Below are positions 35,401 through 46,094 of a stretch of DNA of 64,000 nt, one piece after another. Below the pieces are notes generated by a model. It searched no databases. It worked only from the letters and a program-made list of their open reading frames with translations, and was not told where the DNA came from. The stretch lies in the NCBI GenBank assembly GCA_051294905.1, contig CM119372.1, positions 15,564,001-15,628,000 on the forward strand, in the 5' to 3' direction. This DNA is from Botryllus schlosseri. Taxonomy: Eukaryota. The translations under genes were made by a program, and so were the position numbers. The number at the start of each line of letters is the position of its first letter. Within the stretch, counting starts at the first letter, position 1.

Positions 35401-38400
35401 ACACAAACTCACTGTCCTATTTCGCTATCCAATTAAAGAGACTCACGAAAGTAGCTCAAGAATTATTTGGTAATCGAATATGCGCGCAAATACAAGTAGA
35501 GCGTGACTTCGCTCGTCTGGTCGAGAAAGGATATTGTGTTGGCGCACGCATGTTCAAATCGATGTCGTAAACGAGGTCGCTTCGATTGTATGATTATGAT
35601 TACTAATCATGGATTACAATTTATTGGAGCGTTTTAAGCGCTAGTTCGTCGTCTCCGTCGTCGATATCGCGGACTCGCTAACTGACCGGCGGCGGGCGTC
35701 TAAGCATTTTGTATGGGGTGGTCGCCACCCTATAAATGTGTCTTGGGGTGACTGCGCCACCCCGCCACCCCGTAACTCGGTGCCAATGGTCTAGCATATA
35801 TGTCTATTGTCTAGTCTACATGCACTTAGTCAAGCATTCAAGGACTGGGACTTGCAGTCATTCTTACTCATTTGTTCGACCACAGCTGCTATGCTACACT
35901 ACCAATATTTTTAATTTTGTCAAGTGGAAAGGAGCGTTTAGTTATATTTACATCAATTTTACAACCAGACGATATATTTGCTCTGTCACAATATCATGGT
36001 ATAATTCCACAAATTACATCAATTTGTGACTGCATGGCTAAGATGCATATTGCTTCTTTCTCACTCTATGCAACTGAATTGTAATTTGCAAATTATGTCC
36101 AATGCTATCTATGTCAGGGGTGGTCAAATTTATCGGCCAAATAGCTACATGAGATTTACGAACCATTGCGCGGGCAACTTGTATGTTGATGACCTTATTT
36201 TAGTCGCCCGATAGGAACGAACCGAATTCGGTAATATTGAAAACAAGACTTATATGACTACGCTTTAGAATTGATAGCAATTATGTCATGAAAACTCAGT
36301 GTACATCTGTACATTGTGCAGTCATGCCCTGGTCGTGCGAAGCACGAAATTTTTTTAAAGGTGATGAAAGAATTCGATCAATAAATATTTTACTTGCATA
36401 TATTGGGGGTCGCCTCTGTATAGCAATGGGCTCATTAGGCAAGGACAGGATTAATTAGCGTTTTAGACATAGCAATATCGACGGTTTCGGTGAACATGTC
36501 TCTGTCATTTTGTACAAATGTTTCATCGCCAACGATCTCGCTTCGAACGCACAAGCCAAGTCGCATGTTGGACGTCACGTTATTCCCTAATTGCGAGTAT
36601 AGTTGAACTCAATTATGTAAATTACGCGTATTAATAATCTCCAGGAGGCTTTCCTATACTAAATACAAGAAATGTGACAATAAATCATACGAAGTTGTAA
36701 TAAAAATTTCAAGTTAAATAAATCTGCTACGGAATATTCTACTTCATGGTCATATACGAAGATCTGCGATGAATGTGGCTGGCCCCTGGTTACGCCAATG
36801 CATCGAAACTGATGTTTTAGTCATCATCAAATTTCGCGTTCAGGCTAATCAAATTTTGTTCGGCCTTGCAATTTTACCTGATGTTATATCCAATTTCGAG
36901 AATTACCTCGCAGGCCACACAAAACCTTCTCGCGGGCCACCTTTGCCCTGTGGGACACGGTCTGGCCGCCTCTGATCTGTATCATTCATTACTAATAACA
37001 GTGATTGATGGTAGGGCTTTGGAGCAGCCGTAAATTTGCATTGCTCCAGCTCCGGCTCCGGAGTTTTCTTCCATCATACAATAGCTCCGGCTCCAGCTCT
37101 GGAGCCGCATTATCATCACTGCTCCAGCTCCAGCTCCGGCTCCGGCTCTGAAAACTATCGAAGATGTCTGTCTATTTCAGGGGTGGGTAACCCGCGGCCT
37201 CCGGGCCATATGTGGCCCGCGAGAAGGTTTTGAGTAGCACGCGAGCTAACTTCCCATTATATCATCGAAATCCTATTATATTATCGATTTTGAATTGCTC
37301 AGATTGTGAACTTGCAAGGCCAACCAAAAATATGATTTTTCTGGTCGCGACACTTGGGATGTTGATGACTAAAATACCGGTTCCGACGCATTGGCAGATC
37401 CAGGGTCCAGTCACATTTTTAGTAAATCATCTTACGTTACAAGAAACTAAAAGAGTAGTAAAATTTTTCTTCACGCTTCGCGTGTTTAATTATCACTCGA
37501 TTTCTTTCTTTGTAGCCTACCCCCTCCTGAAAATGAAAAACGCTTGATATAGCCGATTGAGTCTAACCACATTCGAATTACGAGAGAAAGTCTTTTCGCG
37601 TTTGCGCTCGCAGAGAGATCGTCGAAGATGAAATGTAGGCAAAAACTGATTGTTGTATATTAGCGGAAATCTTCGATATCGATATGTCCAGATGCCGAAT
37701 AGTCCTGTCCTTGAAAACTGAGCCCAGCAAGCGGTATAAAGTCGACCCGCAATATACCCAAGTAATATTAATGTTAACTGAAAATTTTACGCGGCTGGTG
37801 AGGCTAGTGGGCAGCGCACTCGTTCGTTAATTTCATGTGGCCCTTTAGCCGAAAACGTTGGCCCCCTTAGTCTATACACATTACTAATTTACCCGCAGGT
37901 TAGTTATCTATAGTAATCTAGGGTCGGTCAGCCGTCAGTAACATCGGATGCAGCAACGAAGACATAGGTGCCACCGTGTCAGCTTGTGACGTCATAATGA
38001 TTACTTGTCAATTGTCGATAACATCATAGTTGCACCAGAACGCACTTTACTCCATGCCATTGCTGTGTACAGCATTAAAATTCTGACGCGGCGTTTTAAC
38101 ACTGGCGCTGTACTCGTTAGCATTAAGCCATACATACAGCTCAATTCAATCTTTAAATGTGCGATTATTATTCAACTGTAACTGTAGTAAGAGAAATATG
38201 GGCGGATATCACGACCGCATCAATAAAAATTCGATTTCTACCAAATTGTTCAAATGGCCAGTGGTTTAACGTTCGGTACTGGTGAACTCGTTACCAATCC
38301 ATTCGGTGTCGATCAAATTTACCGGAATATAATATTTTCCCGCTTAAACGAATCGAATAATCGAATTCAACGCTGCGCCATGCACATTGCGCAATGCCCA

Positions 38401-40924
38401 TAACGAATTAAACTATGCAGCATGCACATTGCACAATGTACATTTACAAGTCACAGTGCGCAATAATCCGGGAATACTAGAGTATCAAGCAGACATCAAG
38501 GATGAATTTACGAAACAGATGATTACAAATTGGAAATCGTGTATCAAATCAGTAATTTGTCTCCAACATAAAATACCATGGGGTCCTGACATCGCATTGA
38601 GTAGCTCGCACCGCGACAATTGTTTGCTCAGCGTAACGGCGTTTTGGGCTACTCTTCTGCCATCCCCTATTTACGCTCGAAAATCCTCACTGAAGTGAAT
38701 GACGATCATGCGAGGTAATGAATTCAAATTCGCATGCATAATTGCATACACAATAACACTGTCCAATTTCGCGGCCCGATTAAAGAACTATCACGAAAGA
38801 GGGAGTATTTGCTCATCCGATTCATAGCAACGATGAGATGGAATTTCTCGGCTCGTTCTCGTCATATCTACATGTGCAACGAAATCACGTTTTTATCCTC
38901 TCTCCCATTTCGCGTAATACATAGTGATCATTATTTTCGAACAGTACAAGTGGCAAACAAGGTTGTGCTGAGGATGGAATTGCGGGTATGACGAATACTC
39001 ACAATATTCACAGGCATATTTAGCATACCGAGGCTCGGCACTCATGTATGAAAATTAAACATTGAACATATGACTGCTCTGCTGTTATATCCCAAGGAAA
39101 ATAGTCAGTCGGAAAACGTATAGCGCCAAAGAGGAAAATATTCTTAATTTCTCGAAGGTCTGCTGTTGAATTATCTGAACTCAACAGATATGGTTGTTGC
39201 ATATATAATAGCGTCTTATGAAATACGTCGGAGCCGGAGCTACCCTCAAATAACTGACTCCAGCTCCGGCTGAATTTTATGTAGAGCTCCGGCTCCAGCT
39301 CCGGTAAAAATGCACGGCTCCGGGGCTCCGGCTCCAAAGCCCTGATTGATGGTACATTAAAATCTTATTATAGTTATTATTAGTAATTTAAAGATATCTT
39401 TGAAAGCATTTGTTCTCATGATAAAGAAGTTGGAGTCGGAGTCGGAGTCGAAGTCAGGGTCATTTTCACAAACTCCAACTCCGACTCCGGTCAGTAAATT
39501 TTCCGCGACTCTGACTCCGAATCCAGCCACCAGCCACCACAGTTTTCACGACTCCGACTCCGACTCCATCAAGCGCAAATTAGCTAAACTCCGACTCCGC
39601 AGCCCTGCTTGAAATAGCAGTATACTATGAGCCGCTTACCTGTGGCAATTGTAATATGAGATGGCGATGTTTGGGTCGGGAATGGCGGTGTTAGATAATC
39701 TGCCTTAACGCCATTCAACTCTAGATACTGGAAGCTTTTCAAATCCGGTCTCCGGTATATGTAGTCCCATCTGTACATGTAGATTGTTGCATTCAGTTGA
39801 GAATCCCAGATCGTAAATATGCCGACGAAGGTATCGGATGCCGGGATATTATCTGACGGGTACGGGGTTTACCGATAGTTCTCTTAGTATATTTCGATAT
39901 ATATTTTGGAGTTAGACGCTAAACGTTTACTTTGTGATAATAACTTCCTCCAAATTATGAATAGCTTATTGGCAGTGCCGATCAGATGCTTATAGGGCAT
40001 AGGTGTAACCAGACTGAAAATATTTTGGGGATGATTTTTTGTAGCAATGATATGATATCATGGATTATGTGTGACGCAGGAAACAAATACGCCGTCACGA
40101 CGTCGAATTAAAAGATTTAGAGGGGGTAGAGACGCCTCCAGTTTCTCTGACTCTTCGTCCCTGCCAAGGGCAGTTAATCTGCAGGTCATGATTGCAAAAA
40201 ATCACAAGTCGTCAGACGTTGAACTAACTTTAACCATCGATTTATCAAGCCTGACGCTAGTGTTATAGAAGGCTTTCTAATCTTCGTTCCTATAAAATAA
40301 AAAAAATTATTAGAGATTCATTTCGCAGCTTACGTAAAGGCTGCTTCACTTTATTTAAGCACCGTTTCGAGATTGAACAATACATCGACAGACGATCGCC
40401 ATCCCAGTTATTGACGTTTTATGCAGGGTGTCGATTTCCACCGTCTAAGCAGTAAGGAAGGATATATCTTCTGCACCGTCAACGCACCAGGAAGAAAGAG
40501 CGGCTTAAGAATCGTACAAGGCTATAAGGCGGAGATTCCACGGGTAGCGGATTTGCAAGTAAGTATGTTAACTGGCCGGGGCTAGAACTCACAATCCACC
40601 GATTGAGAAGCTTGACGCTATATTCGGTATTTACCGCCAAACTATCCCACCGAGAAAAATCTCATGAGAAGTCAGAGTGGCGGTTACTTACTCCCAGCCA
40701 ATGAATATGCAGTTAAAGACGTGACAAGCTAAGGCTAAACCGATGTTTCCAGTTTTCATTAACAAATTCGTGCTAAGATCATAAATAAGCATTTACGACA
40801 ATCGCACAAACCTCATCCCGTCGAAGGAAACCAGCAGAAGTTTGTAGCGCGCGGCTCCGTATCCGATATTGCTCAGCAGCAGAAATACTAGAGCTCGACC
40901 GCAAATTCGAAGCGATGCCTCCAT
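11421..40924 (-). CDS. ENPP7: Ectonucleotide pyrophosphatase/phosphodiesterase 7-like (alkaline sphingomyelinase-type), 9 coding exons, ~431 aa, complete
   Basis: Exons 40924-40812 (MEASLRICGRALVFLLLSNIGYGAARYKLLLVSFDGMR), 39770-39640 (WDY...TPPFPTQTSPSHITIATG), 30103-29952 (LYPESHGVV...WWDNGYEPIW), 28537-28355 (YPGGN...ALYFEQ), 25686-25541 (PDEDGH), 13857-13706 (SDHGM), 11996(or 12002)-11881, 11808-11710 (GNHAGFDN) and 11624-11421 (hydrophobic C-terminal tail, TGA). All junctions GT-AG with consistent phases. KLLLVSFDG, TxTSP, WWDNG and YPGGN resemble ENPP7 more than other ENPPs. Minus-strand AATAAA at 11353-11348. Confidence 0.9.
12267..13264 (+). mobile_element. hAT-type MITE, TAGGGATGGTGTGAAC family (intact, 998 bp)
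   Basis: 16-bp TIRs, perfect TSD gttgctat, GTTCAC/GTGAAC subterminal motifs. Lies in ENPP7 intron 6. Confidence 0.92.
13884..15361 (+). mobile_element. hAT (Buster/Charlie-like) MITE, CAGAGGTCTCAAA family
   Basis: TIR CAGAGGTCTCAAA...TTTGAGACCTCTG, perfect TSD gtttaaaa, GCGGCCCGC subterminal motifs. Second copy at 20321-21321. Confidence 0.9.
16207..16399. mobile_element. Short hAT MITE (CAATGTTCCCTCTA-type TIR)
   Basis: CAATTTACCCTCTAAG...CTAGAGGGAACATTG with perfect TSD cttggcag and TGCGCA-rich interior. A related right end occurs at ~9290-9342. Confidence 0.8.
16765..19400 (+). repeat. Degenerate copy or copies of the CATAGGCGCCGAC-TIR element family
   Basis: Left end CATAGGCGCCGACTTTTATTTTT is shared with 32222. 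Block ~17750-18730 matches ~34050-35690, and ~19070-19400 matches ~32280-32640. Right end not resolved. Confidence 0.6.
19665..19905 (-). mobile_element. tRNA-derived SINE (second family), degenerate
   Basis: Minus strand has an A-box-like TAGTGGTATATGA and B-box GGTTCGAGTCC at tRNA-like spacing. Related body fragments at ~1730-1800, ~25420-25480 and ~44150-44195. Confidence 0.5.
20321..21321 (+). mobile_element. hAT MITE, CAGAGGTCTCAAA family (copy 2)
   Basis: Same TIRs and body as 13884-15361 with an internal deletion. TSD gtctattg/gtctgttg. Confidence 0.88.
21495..23668 (-). mobile_element. hAT MITE, CAGTGCTCTTCAAC family
   Basis: TIR CAGTGCTCTTCA...TGAAGAGCACTG, perfect TSD tactagag. 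Reverse-complement copy at 30957-32213. Confidence 0.9.
21532..22435. mobile_element. hAT (Charlie/Buster-like) MITE, CAGGGGTGTCAAAC TIR
   Basis: CAGGGGTGTCAAAC...GTTTGACACCCCTG, perfect TSD ccctaggg, GCGGGCCG subterminal motifs. Confidence 0.9.
25071..25298. repeat. Minisatellite, ~4.5 copies of a 51-bp unit
   Basis: Units start at 25071, 25122, 25173, 25223 and 25274 (consensus GTTCAGGCCAGCGATGATATCGTGCGCACCAAGCCTATTGCAGACGCGGTT). Confidence 0.85.
26026..26288 (+). mobile_element. tRNA-derived SINE (probable Meta-domain SINE) with (CT)n tail
   Basis: Pol III A-box TAGTGTAATGG and B-box GGTTCGATCCC, central GGGTCATACCAAAGACT...CCTGCTAGGCGCTCAGCA, (TC)n tail. Near-identical copy at 47135-47392. 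Confidence 0.85.
26562..27951 (+). mobile_element. hAT-type MITE, TAGGGATGGTGTGAAC family (older copy, interrupted)
   Basis: Degenerate TIRs, TSD attcgaag/atagaaag. Contains 27444-27823. Confidence 0.85.
27444..27823 (+). mobile_element. hAT MITE with CAGTGGTTCCCAAC TIRs and GGGGGCGA repeats
   Basis: CAGTGGTTCCCAAC...GTTGGGAACCACTG, perfect TSD ctctaaaa. Sister copy at 63471-63800. Confidence 0.9.
28748..29745 (-). mobile_element. hAT-type MITE, TAGGGATGGTGTGAAC family (intact, reverse orientation)
   Basis: TIRs and perfect TSD attaccat. Makes up ~70% of ENPP7 intron 3. Confidence 0.92.
30957..32213 (+). mobile_element. hAT MITE, CAGTGCTCTTCAAC family (intact)
   Basis: TIRs CAGTGCTCTTCAACC / GGTTGAAGAGCACTG, perfect TSD gtctaata. 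Confidence 0.9.
32222..35788 (+). mobile_element. CATAGGCGCCGAC-TIR non-autonomous element with nested MITEs
   Basis: Left CATAGGCGCCGAC, right CTCGGTGCCAATG, TSD gtctaata/gtctagca. Nested pieces at ~32813, ~33282 and 34638-35343. Confidence 0.65.
34638..35343 (+). mobile_element. hAT MITE with CAGGGGTGGCCAAC TIR
   Basis: CAGGGGTGGCCAACC...GGTTGGCCGACCCTG. Related copies at 36115-36974 and, reversed, ~37178-37870. Confidence 0.75.
36115..36974 (+). mobile_element. Degenerate hAT MITE related to 34638-35343
   Basis: CAGGGGTGGTCAAA...TCTGGCCGCCTCTG, TSD atctatgt/atctgtat, shared internal blocks. Confidence 0.65.
37012..39344. mobile_element. hAT element with (C/T)AGGGCTTTGGAGC TIRs and GCTCCG/GCTCCA arrays
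   Basis: TAGGGCTTTGGAGC...GCTCCAAAGCCCTG, perfect TSD attgatgg. Nested MITE at ~37178-37870. Confidence 0.85.
40460..40655 (-). mobile_element. Diverged tRNA-derived SINE related to the 26026/47135 copies
   Basis: Minus strand GCGTCAAGCTTCTCAATCGGTGGATTGTGAGTTCTAGCCCCGGCCAG aligns by eye with GCGTCCGGCTTCTCGAGCGGTAGGTCGTGGGTTCGATCCCCGGCCGG. Similar 3' GGTGCAG...ATATCC. Confidence 0.5.
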
Positions 40925-43900
40925 CGTCAGAGCACCTGAAAATAGAATCGGAAAGCAATCGCGTCGCCACGTTCAGTATATTAGGCTACCTCGCATATCC
41001 GTAGTAATCCTGGGAACTATTACTATTAATTCAAGGCGTTATTACGGTGACGTTTATAGCCTTTATAGACCTTGTGCACCAAGACATCCATATTTGTATA
41101 GTTCAGTGTCATTGACTATGAATATATATCGGTATCTTTGACTTTTGTATTCTTTTTCAATCGTGACCTCTCACTCTTCAGACAGATTTTCTTGCATGCG
41201 TCTGATTTCGGATCTCTGCTGCCAACAATTTACGGCTTGGCAATACTGTGTTGATGGGCTTTTCGAGACACCATTAGTAGAATGGGTTCGACGATGAGAA
41301 GGCTAGATAAACCACCGACACATAGAAGTTTGCCCTTGCAAGGGGTTCGAACCAGCCAATATTGCTGCCGTAGCGCGGTCGTTTACTGCGTAAGTCGCCT
41401 CCCCTCGCTATGAGAAGACACGGGACAACTGTTGAAGTATTGAAGAAATGTTGATTTAGGATCCAACTTTCTTGATATCCCTGTCGGTCCATCCCGAAAT
41501 CATTCGAAATTAGCAAAACCGCGAAAATCATTTCTGTACACTAGAGATGTTCAAAATGAACTCTTTTTTCAAATTTTATCGGCTTGGTTGTCAAATCGTC
41601 AAGTTACCTAAAAAAAACGTTGCACAACAATTTTGACTCAATTCCAACCAGTAGGAGGTTTGGAGGTCAGTCATATGACAATTTCGGTCATTTTTGAAAT
41701 ATTAGTATTTACGGTGACCCAAATTTCGTAACACCGGCGTGACCAACAATCGTGTTCCAGGTATACCTGAGGAGGCAGGGATGTCTTTCCCTCTTGTTTT
41801 GATATTGACATGGGCCTATGGTGGAATTTGGATGAAGAAATCGCCAGTGTATACGGATTAGCTGGAAATTAGTCCACTTCATTGAAATATAGTCACGTTA
41901 AAAGGATGGTGAGATAATTTTCAAATGGAGTAGCCTACTTTACAGATTGAAATTAACGACTGCGAAAAGGAAATGAACCGATAATCAGCACGTAAAATAC
42001 GGGTAAATATATTTCTCAAGTGATAGTCAATATCTATATTATTTGTCGGTTCAATGTATATTTCTACACAATACAATTTGATAATATATGATATTCTATC
42101 ATTTGCTCTGCAGCACTTCCATAGTACTCTCATTGGCGGATTATAAGACTAATGGGCATAGTGACAGATCTTATTCCTATAACAATTTGTCGTCCTCTCT
42201 TCATTTCATCCTCCACATTCGGTGAATACCATCTAATTGTATCAATATATCGTGGTAAAAATGCTTTTTATTACTCTATGAAAAGAGGGGGGTTCATGTA
42301 ATATTGAAAGACCAGAAAATGACTAATGTGCTTTATACGCTCAGTGGGTTACCATTTAGTTTCCCTGAAGGTCGCAAAGCATCGAGCACATAAAAATCTC
42401 TAGTATCAACGCTTATGGGAAGTGTAACTCATGAATACTATTCATTGGCATAGCCCATTCTCAATCGCAATCAGCACCATTTTACCGATCTGGATCATCA
42501 ATGTCAAGTAGCAGAGAAATATTCGAACACTGACCTGTTGAGGAATGCAACTGATGTCCAGAGGTGGTCAAAGTAGTCAAGAAAGTTACACCAGTAGAAG
42601 TAGAATTAGCGAAAAATGAATCTACTCAAGTACGAGTAGAAGTACTTCTTCCATAAGCCACCTAAAACTACTTGAGGTAGAAGTAGAATTGACTGACTTT
42701 AAATCTACTCAAGTAAGTAAGTAGTTTTGAAAACAGTCTTAATTCGTTCGCATGGACTGTCAAAAGCTGCAAATTGAGCTATGCGGAAGGCTCAGAGAGC
42801 TTGATTCGTATTGATGCATCCCAAGGAGGTATCAATTTTCGACTGAATAAGCATTTGCCCGCATCATGGAATGCAAATTATAATATGTAAATGAAAATGC
42901 GATACTAATCGTTTGTTTACTGGAAGACCCCGTTTTAGAGGATATCATGGCATGGCGCCCTACCCCATATTATAAGACTACAAGTTTAGGTGAAGAGCAA
43001 TACGGAAAAGTTGTATCGGATACGGCTTCAACACTTTGCGCGATTAGTATATGTTAATAACAAATATTGTGGATCTTAAAATGTATATTTAGTATAGCTT
43101 TATTTTCGGAAAATAGAGGCATTACTACACTTGCTTTTATGCTTCAACATGTAGGTTCTGCAGACAAAAGAACTGAAAGTAATTAGAAATGAAAGTATGA
43201 TACTCGGAATTGGAAAGCGAAATACAAATACCACTTCTAAAGAGCGTAAAATATATTTCATGTCTTTTTTCCATTAAGTTTCAAAGGTGATCTGCTAAAA
43301 CAGGTGTAACGTTCAATAATGCAGGATTTTCCAGATTAGCAGGACGCGTCATGGGCCGCTAGATTACGACATGATAGCTAATTGCTAGATTGCGAAACGG
43401 TAGTTTCAAACGTTACGGTGGGCCATATTTACTGTGATGATATATTTGATATGGGCGACAATGCGGTGTGAGCAGAACCAAGCAATCCGGTACCTAAATT
43501 ATATTCACTAATACTTTCGTGAAAACATATTCGTCACTCCATAACTACCGTGCGCGAAGCGCAACAAAATTTCTGGGCTTTACTTGACTTTTATGAATAT
43601 TAAATGTTGGTACTTCGTGAACAGCCCCGGATTAAGGCAGAGAGACATCGGTATGCCCTGCATAACTGGGATAGATTTCGTAAAATCTAAATTGGTCCAA
43701 CAAAAACTACTTCTAGATATGACTATCACTTGAGAAATAAATTTACCCGTATTTTACCTGCTTTTCAGTTCATTTCCTTTTCGTGGTCGTTAATTTCAAT
43801 GTGCAATGCACTCTATTTGAAAATTGTTCCAAGGATCATGACCAATTCTCTGTATATAGAGTGTCAAATTAAATTCAGGTTGCGCGTCATATTCAACTTT

Positions 43901-44524
43901 TAAATCGCTTTCGGGCCAAACCGGACAAATCATCTCGAATCGTTACCTCCTAATCAATAGTTTTGCTTTATAATGTAATGCTTCATTATCAACCCTAGAT
44001 ATTCATGACTACGGAATATTTCAGATCACAGGGGCTATTACGTTGGAGTAGTTTCACGCTGTTCTCTATGATTTAGTCGGGATGCGGCGTTGGCGCTGCG
44101 TGTGAGGTATGACGGATTTAACTGTACACGTCACTGTAACTGTAACTGTAAACGACCGAGGTCGACTCCAGAATTTATACGTCAGTATTGGGAGTAGGGT
44201 TGCATTAAAAACAAAAACCAATTTAAAACAAACATGTTTAAAACGAGACCCCAATTTAAAACATGTTTTTTTTTGTTTTTTTTTTATGTTTTTTAAAAGC
44301 CTTGAAGCCCCGAATATTCAATTGTGATGTCATAGTGGATGGACATTGACAATTGAAAACATAGGGTAAAAGTAGCTCCTTTGACGAAATAAATGTACTA
44401 TTGCTGTTGAACCGAGGGTTCCAACCATCCCATATCGATATACGTCGGCTAAATCGGGTGGGAATTGTCCGTAGGCTTATATAACATGTTTTTTGTAAGT
44501 ATTTACACAATTATGGCATAATTT

Positions 44525-46012
44525 CACGGCGTATGCGTTAAGTAGACCTGATAAATATACAAGCGCTCAACACGCAACTGACTCTGTATGACAATCTTAC
44601 GCGTGGATATACGATCACTGTGGTATTTTTCCAAGCCGAAATCAAGATGATTTTATCTCGAGCGAATCCAAGTGTTGTATTGCAAGATATTGCGATGCTG
44701 TATTACAGAATGGCATGTCGTGATTATCAGCTATTTCACAAACCTAATCGTTTACACTAATCAAGGCTAAAGTTGAAACAGCAGTATCAAGGGGTCGAAC
44801 AATTCACAAAATGATTTGAAACTCAACTCAATCAGTGATCTGTTTTTTCCCGTGTCAAAATTGAGTATCGGAAAATGCTATCGCCTTTGCCAGTATGCAT
44901 AACATGACGCACAGGAATGCACCGTCGAGTTTGGTGTGATCCAGTTCTACCCCGTGTCACACTAAAACATAATATGTAATATTTGATGAGTGATATCGTG
45001 GAAATAGTAACGCGGCAAAGAATATTTGGGGTAAACGTTAATGTCAGTGTTTTCGATGTGAGTATGCGATACTTTAAAATACGTTGAGTGGGCGAGACCC
45101 TTGTCACCAGCGTCTGCTAAATCAGAACTGTTGCAGCCTGAGCCTACCCTGTAGTAAAGTGTTAGGAATTTAATGCCAACTCGAATTCATATTACCCAAG
45201 CAACGCTCTTTAGTTTTCTAGATTTCGCAATGACAATTATTTTGGAGAATAGAAAGGAATAAAATGCATCAATACTACTAACGAACATCAAGACAAAACA
45301 CAGTGTAGTCTATATCTCCGATCACTTTACCGTTCTGCAATGTACATATAAGGTAAGTCCGCCTGATTAGAATGCATGTAATAAACATTTTATCAATCGC
45401 TTTTGTGATGATGGAAGTGTTAGTAATAAATCTGTAGACCCAGGATGTTTTACATTGGGCACGTTAGATAGTACGAAAGAATTCAAGCATTATTCAACCC
45501 GCGACATGCAAAATCGGCCGTACGCTATATTCTCGCGCAACTTTTATTTTATCATACATACAGCGGTTCAGTTAGATGGGCAACGTATAATTGGATATAA
45601 CGCATGGCCATCTGTCAGTAATTGGCCTTGTCAGGTCGTGTAAGATGTCGATATTTCGGGATGCAATGGCGATAGCATTTTCCGATACTCAATTTTGACA
45701 CGGGAAAAACAGATCACTGATTGAGTTGAGTTTCAAATCATTTTGTGAATTTTTTGACCCCCTGATACTGCTGTTTCAACTTTAGCCTTGATTAGTCTAA
45801 ACGATTAGGTTTGTGAAATATTAGCTGATAATGACGACATGCCATTCTGTAATACAGCATCACGATATCTTGCAATATAACACTTGGATTCATCTTAATT
45901 TCGGCTAGGAAAATTACCGCAGTGATCGTACATCCACGCGTGATGTCATACGGAGTTAGTTGGGTGTTGAGCGCTTCTATATTTATCACGTCTACATAAC
46001 GCGTGCACCGTG
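44525..46012. repeat. Long inverted repeat (~350-bp arms, ~780-bp spacer), probable foldback DNA transposon
   Basis: Arm 44525-44885 is the reverse complement of 45668-46012. Outer termini CACGG...CCGTG. No clear TSD. Confidence 0.85.
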
Positions 46013-46094
46013 CAACTAATCGCGTGTATGGTTAATCTTACATACAGCTTGCGAAACGTTGATTTTCCGTATCACATTTACCATAGGTATTTAT

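Larger units (their letters stand above)
30376..39607. mobile_element. hAT MITE with CAGGGCTG(T/C)GGAG TIRs and GACTCC arrays, expanded to 9.2 kb by nested insertions
   Basis: Left CAGGGCTGTGGAGCCGG and right CCGACTCCGCAGCCCTG, both with (CCGACT)n subterminal arrays. TSD attgaaat/cttgaaat. Confidence 0.75.

Noticed and set aside
39400..39612. Low-complexity ORFs (ESESES/TPTPTP/DSDSD; also 8936-9157, 37036-37233, 39020-39337)
   Set aside because: Translations of hexamer subterminal arrays of hAT elements.
41274..41531. ORF MIFAVLLISNDFG... as ENPP7 first exon
   Set aside because: Lacks the FDG motif and a suitable donor; the true exon with signal peptide and LLLVSFDGMR is at 40924-40812.
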